NCBI GenBank assembly: GCA_945865565.1
Contig: CAMBEK010000005.1
Coordinates: forward strand, 54,056 to 118,055
Reading direction: 5' to 3'
Source of the DNA: Pseudobacteriovorax antillogorgiicola
GTDB taxonomy: Bacteria > Bdellovibrionota_B > Oligoflexia > Oligoflexales > RGVZ01
Length of the DNA stretch: 64,000 nt
Part shown: positions 45,550 through 55,687 of the stretch, one piece after another
Layout of the letters: the number at the start of each line of letters is the position of its first letter
Position numbering within the stretch: position 1 is the first letter of the stretch
Notes under the pieces: model-generated
What the model saw: only the letters and a program-made list of their open reading frames with translations
Told to the model about the DNA's origin: nothing
Databases searched by the model: none
Made by a program: the position numbers and the translations under genes

Positions 45550-46968
45550 TCAGTTGCCTCCGAAGGTTTTCATTTGAGCGACGATTCGCATGTAATCTGC
45601 CTTCATGCGAATCCGGTTGAGTTGTGCCTGGGCGTAATCCTGTTCAAACATCAAAACCTGAAAAAGAGTCGAGCGGCCTTTGGACTGGCGGGCTTTTTCA
45701 TATTCGTACTTCTCTTTTTGGACGACTTCCATGTTGGTGGCTAAATCCAGGCGCCTTCTGGAATCGCCCAAAGAATCCTTGAGCCCTTCCCATTCGCGTT
45801 CTTCGTCGAACTCTTTGCGCTCGCGCGTGAGTTCACTGGCCCTGGCTTCCATGTCGGCACCGCGCTGCTGGTCCATCACAGCAGGCACACCCAGTGGAAT
45901 ATTGAGTTTGACGCCGTACACACGCGTTGGATTCTTGATCGCCAGAGCATCTTTACTGGATTGGCCTGCGGTCGCATCTCGTCCGTTGCCGGCATAGGTC
46001 GCAAAAAGATCAACTTGAGGCGCGTACTTTTCCCGCGCCAATTTTGCAGCAGCCTTAGAGAGAACCTCAACCTGCCGTGCAACGAGAACATCTTCACGCG
46101 GCCCAGCCCGATCGGGATCGGGAATTTTCCCGATCGCATCGACGGTCAATTTGTTCAGGCTTTCGGAAACCTTTTCACTCGCGATTCCACGCAGTGAATT
46201 GAATTGGCGTGCAGCGGCCTGCTCCTCGTCTGTCGCAATTTGAAGTTCAAGTTCACGCCCCTTCACAGCAGCATCCGACTGCAAAAAATCAGCCCGGTCT
46301 GCGAGAGATAATTTGACGCGACCCGCGCTCCATTCACGCATCTTGACGGCACGATTATAAGATTCACGCTGCGCGGAAAGTGCCTCGCGGGCCAAGGCCA
46401 GGCGCCAATAGGTTCCCTCGGCCTCGGCCATCAGAAATTTTTCTTTCAACTTTTCGGAATGCTTTGCCAATAAAGCTTGGCCTTCCACGATATCCAACTG
46501 GGCTCGCGTTTCGCGGCCGAATCCGTTTTTCCAAAGGGACTGGGAAATTTCCAACTGGGGCCGCGTCTCGTAGTAGTCGGCCAATGGCAAAAATTGTGAA
46601 CTCGCCCCGTCAATCACGACGTGATTGGTGGTGACTCCCAGTTTTCCTGCCAAGCCAAACGGAGTCAGTTGGGAAATGCCGTAGGACATGCTGTCCACAT
46701 CGGTGGCTGATCCCATCATCGTGGGATTGCTCGTCGGCTTGTGGTCGCGCGAAACGGAGTAGTTCACAAAAAGACTGGGGGACAAGATCACGCTGCGTTC
46801 TGCCGCCTTGAGTCCACCGGCTTCCGACAGGCCGGCTGCGGCTTGGGCCGCCTTGTTGCCGCCGCGGACTTGCCCCAGATAGGAGTCCAAAGTCAGGTTG
46901 TCCAATCCGGCCGCAAATCCTGTCGCCGTCATTCCCATAAACATCAGCAAACAAATCCAAAGCCGCAT
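45550..46968 (-). CDS. TolC-family outer-membrane efflux protein
   Basis: Signal peptide MRLWICLLMFMGMTATGFA and two coiled-coil/barrel repeats. A strong GGAGGAGG RBS precedes the ATG at 46968. Confidence 0.8.
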   Translation of the reverse strand: MRLWICLLMFMGMTATGFAAGLDNLTLDSYLGQVRGGNKAAQAAAGLSEAGGLKAAERSVILSPSLFVNYSVSRDHKPTSNPTMMGSATDVDSMSYGISQLTPFGLAGKLGVTTNHVVIDGASSQFLPLADYYETRPQLEISQSLWKNGFGRETRAQLDIVEGQALLAKHSEKLKEKFLMAEAEGTYWRLALAREALSAQRESYNRAVKMREWSAGRVKLSLADRADFLQSDAAVKGRELELQIATDEEQAAARQFNSLRGIASEKVSESLNKLTVDAIGKIPDPDRAGPREDVLVARQVEVLSKAAAKLAREKYAPQVDLFATYAGNGRDATAGQSSKDALAIKNPTRVYGVKLNIPLGVPAVMDQQRGADMEARASELTRERKEFDEEREWEGLKDSLGDSRRRLDLATNMEVVQKEKYEYEKARQSKGRSTLFQVLMFEQDYAQAQLNRIRMKADYMRIVAQMKTFGGN

Positions 46969-46995
46969 AGTTTCCTCCTCCAAGCTCACCTTTTG

Positions 46996-47012
46996 GATTG
47001 TGGATCACAATC
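46996..47012. promoter_or_regulatory. Perfect 7-3-7 palindrome GATTGTG-GAT-CACAATC upstream of the TolC-RND operon
   Basis: Read directly from the sequence. It lies 28 nt upstream of the preferred TolC start, in the divergent region shared with prfC. Its function is unknown. Confidence 0.3.
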
Positions 47013-47126
47013 TATAAAAAAGTCAATCATGCCGGATAGATATGTCTATTCAATCGGCACCGGGTTTGCCTCGACAAACCCAAGATTTGATTGCAAGTCC
47101 GCGGGGTTTCCTGTTTAACGTGGGGC

Positions 47127-48740
47127 ATGTCTGCTACCGCCACTGGCGTTCTAAATAAAGAGATCCTCAAACGTCGCACTTTTGCGATCATCTCGCACCC
47201 CGATGCGGGCAAGACGACCATTACCGAAAAACTGCTGCTTTACGGCGGAGCCATCCAAATGGCAGGGACCGTCAAGGCAAAGCGCGGCAAGAAATTTGCG
47301 ACTTCCGACTGGATGGAACTTGAAAAGCAGCGCGGAATTTCTGTGACGTCGTCCGTTATGAAGTTTCCCTACGAAGGCCACGAAATCAACCTGATCGACA
47401 CACCCGGTCACCAGGATTTTTCGGAAGATACCTACCGCACGCTGACTGCGGTCGACAGCGCGCTGATGCTGATCGACGGAGCCAACGGGGTTGAGGCTCA
47501 AACCAAAAAATTATTTGAAGTCTGCAGCCTGCGTCAGACGCCGGTCATGGCGTTCATCAACAAGATGGACCGAGAGGCTCGCGACCCATTCGATCTGATG
47601 GATGAAATTGAAAAGGTCCTTGGCATTGCCTGCTACCCGGTTACCTGGCCGATAGGTATGGGAATCCGGTTTCGCGGTGTTTATGATCGACAACGCGAGC
47701 AGCTTCTTCTTTTTGAAAAAGACGCGGAGCGTTCGCGTCCGGTGGCATTGACTGAGCTTGGCTTGGACTCACCGGAAGTCGACGCGGAATTGGGCGCAGA
47801 GGTTGCAGCCGAACTGCGCAGCCAGGTGGAAATTCTGAGTGCCGGCGAAACTTTTGACCGTGAACGTTATTTGCGCGGCGAACTGGCACCTGTTTTCTTC
47901 GGTAGCGCCCTAAATAATTTTGGCGTTCAGACTTTGCTCGATGCCCTCGTTGAAATTTCACCGGCACCCCTGCCGCGACCGGCGGTCAGCCGCACGGTCG
48001 AGCCAACCGAGGGAAAATTTTCCGCCTTCATTTTCAAGATTCAGGCAAACATGGATCCGTCGCACCGGGATCGTGTCGCTTTTATGCGAATCGTCTCCGG
48101 TAAATTCGAGCGGGGCATGAAAGCCTGGCATGTGCGCCTGAAACGCGAATCACGCCTGGGCCGTCCAACCCAATTCATGGCCCAAGACCGAAGCCTCGTC
48201 GACGAAGCCTATGCGGGCGACATCGTGGGTATCCATGACCCGGGGATTTTTAAAATCGGCGATACCCTGAGCGAAGGCGAGGACTTGATCTACTCGGGCA
48301 TTCCAGTTTTCTCGCCCGAGCATTTTGTTCGCGTGCAGCTTAAAGACCCGCTGAAGTCCAAACAGCTCAACAAGGCACTGGATCAGCTCTCGGAAGAGGG
48401 TGCCGTTCAGGTGCTGCGTCCTATCACCTCCAACGACCACTACCTTGGAGTCGTTGGTGCCCTGCAGTTTGACGTGGTGAAATACCGGATTGAATTCGAA
48501 TATAGCGTCAAAGTCCAACTGCATGCTCTGCCTTACACAGCCGCCCGCTGGATCCGCAGCAGCGATGCCAATGCGATTGAAGCCATCCTGAAAGATCAGG
48601 CGCACATCATCACCCGGGACCAGCACGACAATCCCGTCATTCTGTTGGATCAGGTCTGGCGCCTAAAACTCCTGAACGAACGCCATCCCAAGATCACATT
48701 CGCGACGACCTCGGAAAATCTGCAGGACCGCATTTCGTAG
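47127..48740 (+). CDS. prfC: Peptide chain release factor 3
   Basis: RRTFAIISHPDAGKTTITEKLLLYGGAIQMAGTVK and DTPGHQDF, with the overall RF3 layout. The start is at MSATATG (47127). Confidence 0.92.
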   Translation: MSATATGVLNKEILKRRTFAIISHPDAGKTTITEKLLLYGGAIQMAGTVKAKRGKKFATSDWMELEKQRGISVTSSVMKFPYEGHEINLIDTPGHQDFSEDTYRTLTAVDSALMLIDGANGVEAQTKKLFEVCSLRQTPVMAFINKMDREARDPFDLMDEIEKVLGIACYPVTWPIGMGIRFRGVYDRQREQLLLFEKDAERSRPVALTELGLDSPEVDAELGAEVAAELRSQVEILSAGETFDRERYLRGELAPVFFGSALNNFGVQTLLDALVEISPAPLPRPAVSRTVEPTEGKFSAFIFKIQANMDPSHRDRVAFMRIVSGKFERGMKAWHVRLKRESRLGRPTQFMAQDRSLVDEAYAGDIVGIHDPGIFKIGDTLSEGEDLIYSGIPVFSPEHFVRVQLKDPLKSKQLNKALDQLSEEGAVQVLRPITSNDHYLGVVGALQFDVVKYRIEFEYSVKVQLHALPYTAARWIRSSDANAIEAILKDQAHIITRDQHDNPVILLDQVWRLKLLNERHPKITFATTSENLQDRIS

Positions 48741-49071
48741 TCCTGAGCATTGCCCGTCATCGTGGGTGTTGCCCGTCATCCTGAGCGCCAGCGAAGGATC
48801 CTTTCTTAACCCGTCATTCTGAGGCCAAAGGCCGAAGAATCCTTTCTTCTCCGCCTCAGTAGGCGGATTCTCGACTTTCCGCGGAAAGTCCCGTTATCTG
48901 CGGCCTACTGCAATACGATTTCTTTCATAAAAAATATGGCAGTCGTGTTTTTAAAAAAATTTGAAGAAAGGATCCTTCACTACGTTCAGGATGACGAGTT
49001 AAGAAAGGATCCTTCACTACGCTCAGGATGACGAGTTAAGAAAGGATCCTTCGCTGGCGCTCAGGATGACG
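48741..49071. repeat. MITE-like palindromic array of the dispersed ~35-bp repeat family, with perfect 34-bp terminal inverted repeats
   Basis: 48774-48807 (CGTCATCCTGAGCGCCAGCGAAGGATCCTTTCTT) is the exact reverse complement of 49038-49071. Three inverted 37-bp tandem units lie at 48964-49071. A type-2 unit CCGTCATTCTGAGGCCAAAGGCCGAAGAATCCTTTCTT sits at ~48811-48848. Confidence 0.85.
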
Positions 49072-49103
49072 AAACGAAACCCCGCCACTCGAAAGTGACG
49101 GGG
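49071..49103 (-). terminator. Rho-independent terminator of slyD
   Basis: A 10-bp stem with one mismatch, CCCCGCCACT-cgaa-AGTGACGGGG (49080-49103), is followed on the minus strand by TTTCGTTTC. Confidence 0.6.
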
Positions 49104-49147
49104 TCTGATCGTGATAACTCACGCGACAAATTCTTCGGACTTTTAAA

Positions 49148-49624
49148 CTAGTGGTGATGACCACCAGCACCATGAGCATGACCATGGTCCAGCTCATCTT
49201 TGGTCGCAGGGCGCATTTCTGCGATCTCGACTTTGAATACGAGATCCTTGCCAGCCAACGGATGGTTCGCATCAAGGGTCACATGGCTTTCATTGACCGA
49301 TGTCACAACCATGATTGGATCATCCTCATCTGGGCCGCCGCGGAACATGTCGCCAATTTTAACTTCAGAGGTTGGCAACTGATCCACAGGAACGTTTGCA
49401 ACGAGGGTTTCATCGCGGTCGCCGTAGGCGTCTTCGGCCTTCACGTGAACTTCACGTTTGTCGCCCTTTGACATGGTCAGAAGAACGCTCTCCAGACCAG
49501 GAATGATCTGACCCGAACCTTCCAGAAATGCGAGCGGCTCGCCGGCTTCTGACTGGTCGATCATTTCGCCCTTCATGTCGTGAAGAACGTAGTGGAATTC
49601 TATGACGCGCGGGTTGTTGGACAT
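49148..49624 (-). CDS. slyD: FKBP-type peptidyl-prolyl isomerase SlyD with His-rich tail
   Basis: VIEFHYVLHD...GEPLAFLEGSGQIIPGLESVL and an IF-domain insertion. The C-terminus is HGHAHGAGGHHH. The start is at MSNNPRV (49624). Confidence 0.85.
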   Translation of the reverse strand: MSNNPRVIEFHYVLHDMKGEMIDQSEAGEPLAFLEGSGQIIPGLESVLLTMSKGDKREVHVKAEDAYGDRDETLVANVPVDQLPTSEVKIGDMFRGGPDEDDPIMVVTSVNESHVTLDANHPLAGKDLVFKVEIAEMRPATKDELDHGHAHGAGGHHH

Positions 49625-49718
49625 GGGGGCCTCTTTTCTGTCTTTAGGGCTCAAAGAGCTACTCTGAAGCGGTGGCTTATCACCCACCCGTCCAAAAAAA
49701 CAACCCTAAAGGAACGCC

Positions 49719-50774
49719 TCAGTGCAGCGAAGAAATCACGCCTGACGCATCAGCCGTCTGCTGCTGCCAGCGCATCAAACGCTGAAGGGCCTTCTCGTCA
49801 TTGTCAGGGCGGACAGAACCGGTCGCCCGGGCCAGGCACAGGTAAAGCACAAGTCCTCTTAGATGCTGGGGGGTTAGAGTGTATTCGATGACCCGCCAAT
49901 AGCGCTGCAGATCGACCATTTCCACCCCGGATCCAAGAGGTGAATCCATCAAAGCCGCCCGGTAATCCGCCGACGAAACACGCATCTTGGCTTGGGCAAA
50001 TTCGGCACTTTCTTTGATGGCATTCATCAAAGGGCGCAGGCCGGCAGCCTCAACCGCATCTGTGTTAGATCCCAGCTGCCAAACGGCAAAAACAAAGGGC
50101 AGGCCAGTGATCCGGTTCCACACCTCCCCAAGATCCAAAATTTGAGGAAATTCGGAGCGCCGCTTCAGGGCTTCATCACCAATCAACAGTTCCACAGAAT
50201 CACTTTCACCGGAGGGCTGAACGCTTTCACCGGTCCGTGGCTCCACCCCACGGGCATCAGGTCCAAACAGCAACCTGTGCAGAGTTTTTGTCATGGCCGC
50301 ACTGGCGGCTGAAACCGGTGTCAGCTTGATCTGACCAGAGGCATTGAGTAAACCCGGCGTGGCTTTTTCAGTCACGGCGGCAAAAAGGTCGCGGGCAATC
50401 TGGCGGGGATCAAAAGGCCGCAGAGCCGTGACGCGGGCGTAGGTTTCCTTCAGTTCGGCAATGCGTTCCTGCCAAACATCAAACGTATGATTCTGCGCGG
50501 CAGGAAAGCCCAGGTACACACTCATGACGGGTCCGGTGGAGGCAACACCCACAGGCAGGGCAACATTGAGTTGATTGTGTTTGAGCAGGCAGATGCTGGA
50601 CGCAGGCGCCATCTGTACGCTGCCCTCAACCAGCCAGCGGTTCACTTGGGAAGGATGCCCGTCGCGAAATTCGACTCGTCCGGCAAGGGCCCTGCGCAAC
50701 TCCAGCCGCAAAGGCCAAAGGTTCCAATAGTTGATCCACCCAAAACTTGCGCTTGGTGCAGGGTTGCCAGCCAT
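49719..50774 (-). CDS. mqnA: MqnA-family chorismate dehydratase (futalosine menaquinone pathway)
   Basis: FGWINYWNLWPL and LLIGDEAL...ILDLGEVWNRITGLPFVFAVW match the MqnA/MqnD family pattern as I remember it. Confidence 0.6.
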   Translation of the reverse strand: MAGNPAPSASFGWINYWNLWPLRLELRRALAGRVEFRDGHPSQVNRWLVEGSVQMAPASSICLLKHNQLNVALPVGVASTGPVMSVYLGFPAAQNHTFDVWQERIAELKETYARVTALRPFDPRQIARDLFAAVTEKATPGLLNASGQIKLTPVSAASAAMTKTLHRLLFGPDARGVEPRTGESVQPSGESDSVELLIGDEALKRRSEFPQILDLGEVWNRITGLPFVFAVWQLGSNTDAVEAAGLRPLMNAIKESAEFAQAKMRVSSADYRAALMDSPLGSGVEMVDLQRYWRVIEYTLTPQHLRGLVLYLCLARATGSVRPDNDEKALQRLMRWQQQTADASGVISSLH

Positions 50775-52115
50775 TCAGCGGCCCGCCTGCGTGTTTGGAC
50801 TTTCGGCAATGACGCGGAACGCCCTGCGTGCCGCATCCAGAGTCGCATCAATGTCAGACTCAGAGTGGGCCAACGAAAGAAAACCAGCCTCAAATGCAGA
50901 CGGCGCCAGATAGATTCCATCATCGAGCATCAATTGAAAGAATTTTTTAAAATTGTCCAGATTTGCACGCTTTGCGTCTTCAAAGTTACGGACGGAATCT
51001 TTCGCAAAGAAAAAGCCAAACATTCCGCCTTCAAAATCGACCGTGAATGGAATTCCAAATCCTTCGGCGGCAGACTTCAATCCACTGACAAGGCGCTCAC
51101 TGCGTGCGGCAAGAGTGTCGTATGCACCAGGACGCGAAAGGATTTCCAAGGTTTTAATCCCGCTGGCAACCGCCACAGGATTTCCTGAAAGGGTCCCAGC
51201 CTGGTAAACGGGGCCCGAAGGCGCCACCATGCTCATGATATCGCGGCGTCCGCCGTAAGCCCCCACGGGCATTCCACCGCCGATGACTTTGCCCAGGACC
51301 GTCATGTCGGGTTTGATTCCGCACAAGCTTTGATATCCACCGTGAGCCACCCGAAAACCGGTCATCACTTCATCAAAGATCAAAACGGTGCCGTGTTCCT
51401 CACAAAGCCCCTTCAAGACATCATAGTATCCGGGCAAAGGCCGGATGAACCCGGCGTTGCCAATAATCGGCTCCACAATCACAGCGGCTATATCGCGCCG
51501 GTTCGCTGAAAAAATTTCCCTCAACTGATCCACGTCATTGAAGTGAGCGGTCAGCGTATGCTGGGCCGTGGATTCAGGAACACCGGGACTACCTGAAAGG
51601 CCGAGGGTCGCGGCCCCCGAACCCGCCTTCACGAGCAACATGTCGGCATGCCCGTGATAGCACCCCTCAAACTTCAAAATCTTGGTCCGGCCGGTGAAAG
51701 CACGCGCAACGCGCAGGGCGGACATGCAGGCCTCAGTTCCACTGGAAACCAGACGCAGCATCTCGATGGCCGGCATCGCCTTGATGATCTTGTGGGCAAG
51801 GATACTTTCCCCCGCCGTCGGCGTGCCAAACGACAGCCCGCCCGCAGCAGCCTCATTAATTGCCGCAAGGACTTCCGGGTGGGCATGTCCGACGATGGCC
51901 GGGCCCCAGCTCGTGATGTAATCGATGTAGCGGTTGCCGTCCTCATCCCACAAGTAGGCACCATTGGCCCGCTTCATGAATACCGGCGTCCCGCCGACGG
52001 ATGCGAAAGCGCGAACGGGCGAATTGACGCCCCCAGGCATCAGGCCAACGGCTTCTTCAAACAAGGCTTTGGAACGGGGACGCAAATTGTTTGGTGATCG
52101 GGAATCGTGGGACAT
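50775..52115 (-). CDS. hemL: Glutamate-1-semialdehyde 2,1-aminomutase
   Basis: [33 protein letters not shown] and [15 protein letters not shown]. Confidence 0.93.
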   Translation of the reverse strand: MSHDSRSPNNLRPRSKALFEEAVGLMPGGVNSPVRAFASVGGTPVFMKRANGAYLWDEDGNRYIDYITSWGPAIVGHAHPEVLAAINEAAAGGLSFGTPTAGESILAHKIIKAMPAIEMLRLVSSGTEACMSALRVARAFTGRTKILKFEGCYHGHADMLLVKAGSGAATLGLSGSPGVPESTAQHTLTAHFNDVDQLREIFSANRRDIAAVIVEPIIGNAGFIRPLPGYYDVLKGLCEEHGTVLIFDEVMTGFRVAHGGYQSLCGIKPDMTVLGKVIGGGMPVGAYGGRRDIMSMVAPSGPVYQAGTLSGNPVAVASGIKTLEILSRPGAYDTLAARSERLVSGLKSAAEGFGIPFTVDFEGGMFGFFFAKDSVRNFEDAKRANLDNFKKFFQLMLDDGIYLAPSAFEAGFLSLAHSESDIDATLDAARRAFRVIAESPNTQAGR

Positions 52116-52349
52116 GCCAGCGCCACCGTCATGGGGCCCGAAATAGGGCCAGAGTCTCGTCTCATATCAGAAATTTAAGGCCTGTCCGACGTAATTGTGC
52201 ATCCCATCCCCCCCAAAAAAACCGGGTACATGGGGTGCTTCTTACGCACCACGTCCTTGACATCCTCAATTTGGAACACATGTTGAGTGTAGAGCCCTGC
52301 TGGCCCCGTTTTAAAAGTTCCACCACGCGGCATTGCGGAAGGATTCGAC

Positions 52350-54965
52350 ATGGATATCAACAAGCTGACCCAGAAATCACAAGAGGCCCTGCAAGAAGCC
52401 CAGAAGATGGCCATCGAGTTTGGCCACAACGAAGTGGATGTCGATCACCTCCTCATCAGCCTGCTCCGGCAAAGTGGCGGCCTGATTCCGAAGCTGGTGG
52501 CCAGCGCGGGTGCCAACACCGAGGCCCTCATCAACCGCCTTGAAACCGGACTCGGCAAAAAACCGCGTACTTCGGGATCGGGATATGACCCGACCAAGAT
52601 TTTTTTGAGTGGCCGCTTGTCACGTCTTTTTGTCTCGGCAGAAAAAGAAGCACAACGCCTTAAAGACGAATATGTCTCGGTCGAACACTTGTTCATCGAG
52701 GCGATCAAACTCGACGACAAATCTGATGCGAGCAAAGCGCTGAAGGATCTTGGACCGAAGCTGGCCGATTTCATGAAAGCACTGACCGCTCTGCGCGGAA
52801 ACCAGCGAGTTCAAAGCAACACGCCCGAAGACACCTACGAGGCCCTTGAAAAATACGGCCGGGACCTGGTCAAAGCCGCCAGAGATAACAAACTTGATCC
52901 CGTCATCGGACGAGACGAGGAAATCCGTCGTGTCATCCGCATCCTGAGCCGCAAAACCAAAAATAATCCGGTCCTTATTGGCGAGCCAGGAGTCGGAAAA
53001 ACCGCGATCGCCGAAGGCCTGGCCCACCGGATCGTACGCGGTGACGTCCCCGAAGGACTCAAGGACCGGTCACTGTTCGCCCTTGATATGGGTTCGCTCA
53101 TCGCCGGCGCTAAATTTCGCGGAGAGTTTGAAGAACGCCTCAAGGCCGTTCTGAATGAAATCAAAAAGAGCGAAGGCCGCATCATCCTGTTCATCGACGA
53201 ATTGCACACGATTGTCGGCGCAGGAAAAGCCGAAGGTGCCATGGATGCCGGCAACATGCTGAAACCGATGCTGGCTCGCGGCGAATTGCACTGCATTGGA
53301 GCCACAACACTCGACGAATATCGCCAGTACATTGAAAAAGATCCGGCCCTGGAACGTCGCTTCCAGCCAGTCATGGTGGATCAGCCAAATGTGGAAGACA
53401 CGGTGTCAATCCTGCGCGGATTGCGAGAGCGCTTCGAGGTTCATCACGGCGTAAAGATCATGGACAATGCCCTCGTGGCTGCCGCGACACTGTCAAATCG
53501 TTACATCACCGACCGTTTTCTGCCGGACAAGGCCATCGATTTGGTGGACGAAGCCTGCGCCATGATTCGCACTGAAATCGATTCCATGCCGTCAGATCTG
53601 GACTCGGCCCAGCGCAAGGTCATGCGACTTGAGATCGAAGAGGCAGCCCTCAAAAAAGAAAAAGATGATTCGAGCCGGAAACGCCTGGAGTCACTTCAAA
53701 AAGAATTGGCCGATGCGAAAACGGCGCGGGATTCCCTGCGCGCACAATACGAGTCGGAAAAACAATCCCTGCAAAAAGTCACGGTCGTACGCGCAGAAAT
53801 CGAAGACACCAAACGCGCCATCGAACGTGCCGAAAGGGAATACAACCTGGACAAGGCTGCGGAGTTGCGTCACGGAAAAATGCCCGGACTTCTGGAAAAG
53901 CTGCACCAGGTTGAGGGTGCGGCATCTGCCGCGGGAGAATCAGGTGCATTGCGCCTTCTGCGCGAGGAGGTTACGGAATCCGAAATCAGCCAGATCGTCA
54001 GCCGCTGGACTGGGATACCTGTGACACGCCTGGTCGAAGGCGAACGGGAAAAACTTTTAAAACTCGACCAAATTTTACATGAACGGGTCGTTGGTCAGGA
54101 CGAGGCGGTTCAACTGGTGAGTGATGCTGTGATCCGCGCACGCGCCGGGATCAAAGACCCACGCCGGCCCATCGGTTCCTTTATTTTCCTCGGGCCAACC
54201 GGCGTTGGAAAAACGGAACTGGCCAAGGCCCTTGCCTCTTCGCTCTTTGACAGCGAGGACAACATTGTCCGGATCGACATGTCCGAATACATGGAAAAAC
54301 ATGCCGTCTCGCGTTTGATCGGCGCGCCTCCGGGTTATGTTGGATACGAAGAAGGCGGACAATTGACCGAGGCCGTGCGCCGGAAACCATATTCGGTGGT
54401 CTTGTTCGATGAAATTGAAAAGGCCCACCCGGAAGTTTTCAACACACTGCTGCAACTTCTTGACGATGGCCGCCTTACCGACTCCCAGGGCCGGACCGTA
54501 GATTTTCGCAACACGGTCGTGATCATGACGAGCAACATCGGTTCGCATCATCTTTTGGATGGGGGCATCGGCAGCGACGGTGAACTCACAGCAGGATCCC
54601 GCAGCGCAGTGATGTCTGATCTACGCGCCCATTTTCGTCCAGAGTTTCTGAACCGGGTAGATGAAATCGTGATGTTCAAGCCCCTTCAGATGGAAGAGAT
54701 AAAAAAGATCATCAAGATCCTTGCGAAAGGTTTTGCCGACCGGTTGGCCGACCGTGGGATTGGATTTGAACTGGGAGATGATGCTGCAGCGCTGATCGCC
54801 GAACAGTCCTATGACCCTCAATTTGGAGCTCGCCCGATCAAACGATACCTGCAACGCGAGATGGAGACCCAGATTGCCCGGCAGTTGATCGCGGGGCAGA
54901 TTAAAGATGGCGACAAGGTGTTGGTCAGTGTTTCTGATAACAAAATTATCGCTAAAAAATCATGA
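52350..54965 (+). CDS. clpB: ATP-dependent chaperone/disaggregase ClpB
   Basis: 871 aa with a Clp N domain and two AAA modules ([22 protein letters not shown]). A long coiled-coil middle domain is present, which distinguishes ClpB from ClpA. Confidence 0.95.
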   Translation: MDINKLTQKSQEALQEAQKMAIEFGHNEVDVDHLLISLLRQSGGLIPKLVASAGANTEALINRLETGLGKKPRTSGSGYDPTKIFLSGRLSRLFVSAEKEAQRLKDEYVSVEHLFIEAIKLDDKSDASKALKDLGPKLADFMKALTALRGNQRVQSNTPEDTYEALEKYGRDLVKAARDNKLDPVIGRDEEIRRVIRILSRKTKNNPVLIGEPGVGKTAIAEGLAHRIVRGDVPEGLKDRSLFALDMGSLIAGAKFRGEFEERLKAVLNEIKKSEGRIILFIDELHTIVGAGKAEGAMDAGNMLKPMLARGELHCIGATTLDEYRQYIEKDPALERRFQPVMVDQPNVEDTVSILRGLRERFEVHHGVKIMDNALVAAATLSNRYITDRFLPDKAIDLVDEACAMIRTEIDSMPSDLDSAQRKVMRLEIEEAALKKEKDDSSRKRLESLQKELADAKTARDSLRAQYESEKQSLQKVTVVRAEIEDTKRAIERAEREYNLDKAAELRHGKMPGLLEKLHQVEGAASAAGESGALRLLREEVTESEISQIVSRWTGIPVTRLVEGEREKLLKLDQILHERVVGQDEAVQLVSDAVIRARAGIKDPRRPIGSFIFLGPTGVGKTELAKALASSLFDSEDNIVRIDMSEYMEKHAVSRLIGAPPGYVGYEEGGQLTEAVRRKPYSVVLFDEIEKAHPEVFNTLLQLLDDGRLTDSQGRTVDFRNTVVIMTSNIGSHHLLDGGIGSDGELTAGSRSAVMSDLRAHFRPEFLNRVDEIVMFKPLQMEEIKKIIKILAKGFADRLADRGIGFELGDDAAALIAEQSYDPQFGARPIKRYLQREMETQIARQLIAGQIKDGDKVLVSVSDNKIIAKKS

Positions 54966-55049
54966 TATTACTGGGGAAAATATAGCAAATCGAAAATCAC
55001 CTCAACCCGGGCACAAGCCAAGCCGATGTTCCCTCTAGAGGTGGGCCGA

Positions 55050-55652
55050 ATGCGAGTGTTTTTAATTATCTTTTATTTGGCAGCGGTTGTTGGCTGTAAC
55101 GCCTCCGTCAATAAAACTCAATTGGCTTCGGGAGTTCAGAATTCCGATGCCGCAGGCACGGGCGCAATCAAAAACGAAAATGATGTGGATCGGCTACCGC
55201 CCGTCATCACAGATCCACAGAAAATCAAACGCCTCGCAACCGGACTTGCAGAACGCGGCGTGCCAGAGGATCTCATCCAGGATGTCATCAGAGAGTTGAC
55301 GTCTGAACGGGTTTCGCGCAAGAAATTCGCAAGTAAAATCGTTGATGTCACCTTTCCGAATCCCTCGGGATCGCCAGCTGCCGTGTTGGTAACTGGCGCG
55401 CCAGTTATTCCTAGTTATTCGCAATCACCCCCACGGGACACTCTCACCGGGATTTCAAACCCGAACCCCTCATCAACCGGATATCTCAACGACGGGCTCG
55501 AGAGACCCCTAGGTCCATTTGACGACAGTCCTCAACCGAGTCAGGCAAGTTCGGAACAGAGGACGGCATGGGATTTTTTGTCCTCTAGTCTTAAAGAACT
55601 GCTTTCACCCTATGGCATCGTCCGTGGTGTTTTTAACGCGCTATGCGCTTAA
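55050..55652 (+). CDS. Hypothetical lipoprotein
   Basis: MRVFLIIFYLAAVVGCNAS contains a lipobox. The C-terminal half is Pro/Ser-rich. I recognise no domain. Confidence 0.5.
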   Translation: MRVFLIIFYLAAVVGCNASVNKTQLASGVQNSDAAGTGAIKNENDVDRLPPVITDPQKIKRLATGLAERGVPEDLIQDVIRELTSERVSRKKFASKIVDVTFPNPSGSPAAVLVTGAPVIPSYSQSPPRDTLTGISNPNPSSTGYLNDGLERPLGPFDDSPQPSQASSEQRTAWDFLSSSLKELLSPYGIVRGVFNALCA

Positions 55653-55687
55653 GGAGCGTTTCTGTGACGGACTCCAATCCATTTTCA

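Noticed and set aside
49148-49624. The His-rich C-terminal tail of SlyD (HGHAHGAGGHHH) as a possible novelty.
   Set aside because: Metal-binding His-rich tails are a well-known feature of SlyD proteins, so this is ordinary.
52116-52349. I looked for a heat-shock promoter or operator (sigma-32 consensus or CIRCE) upstream of clpB.
   Set aside because: There is a TTGACA at ~52267, but no properly spaced CCCCAT-like -10 on the plus strand and no TTAGCACTC-N9-GAGTGCTAA element. The only inverted repeat is the 5-bp CTCAA...TTGAG, which is too weak to report.
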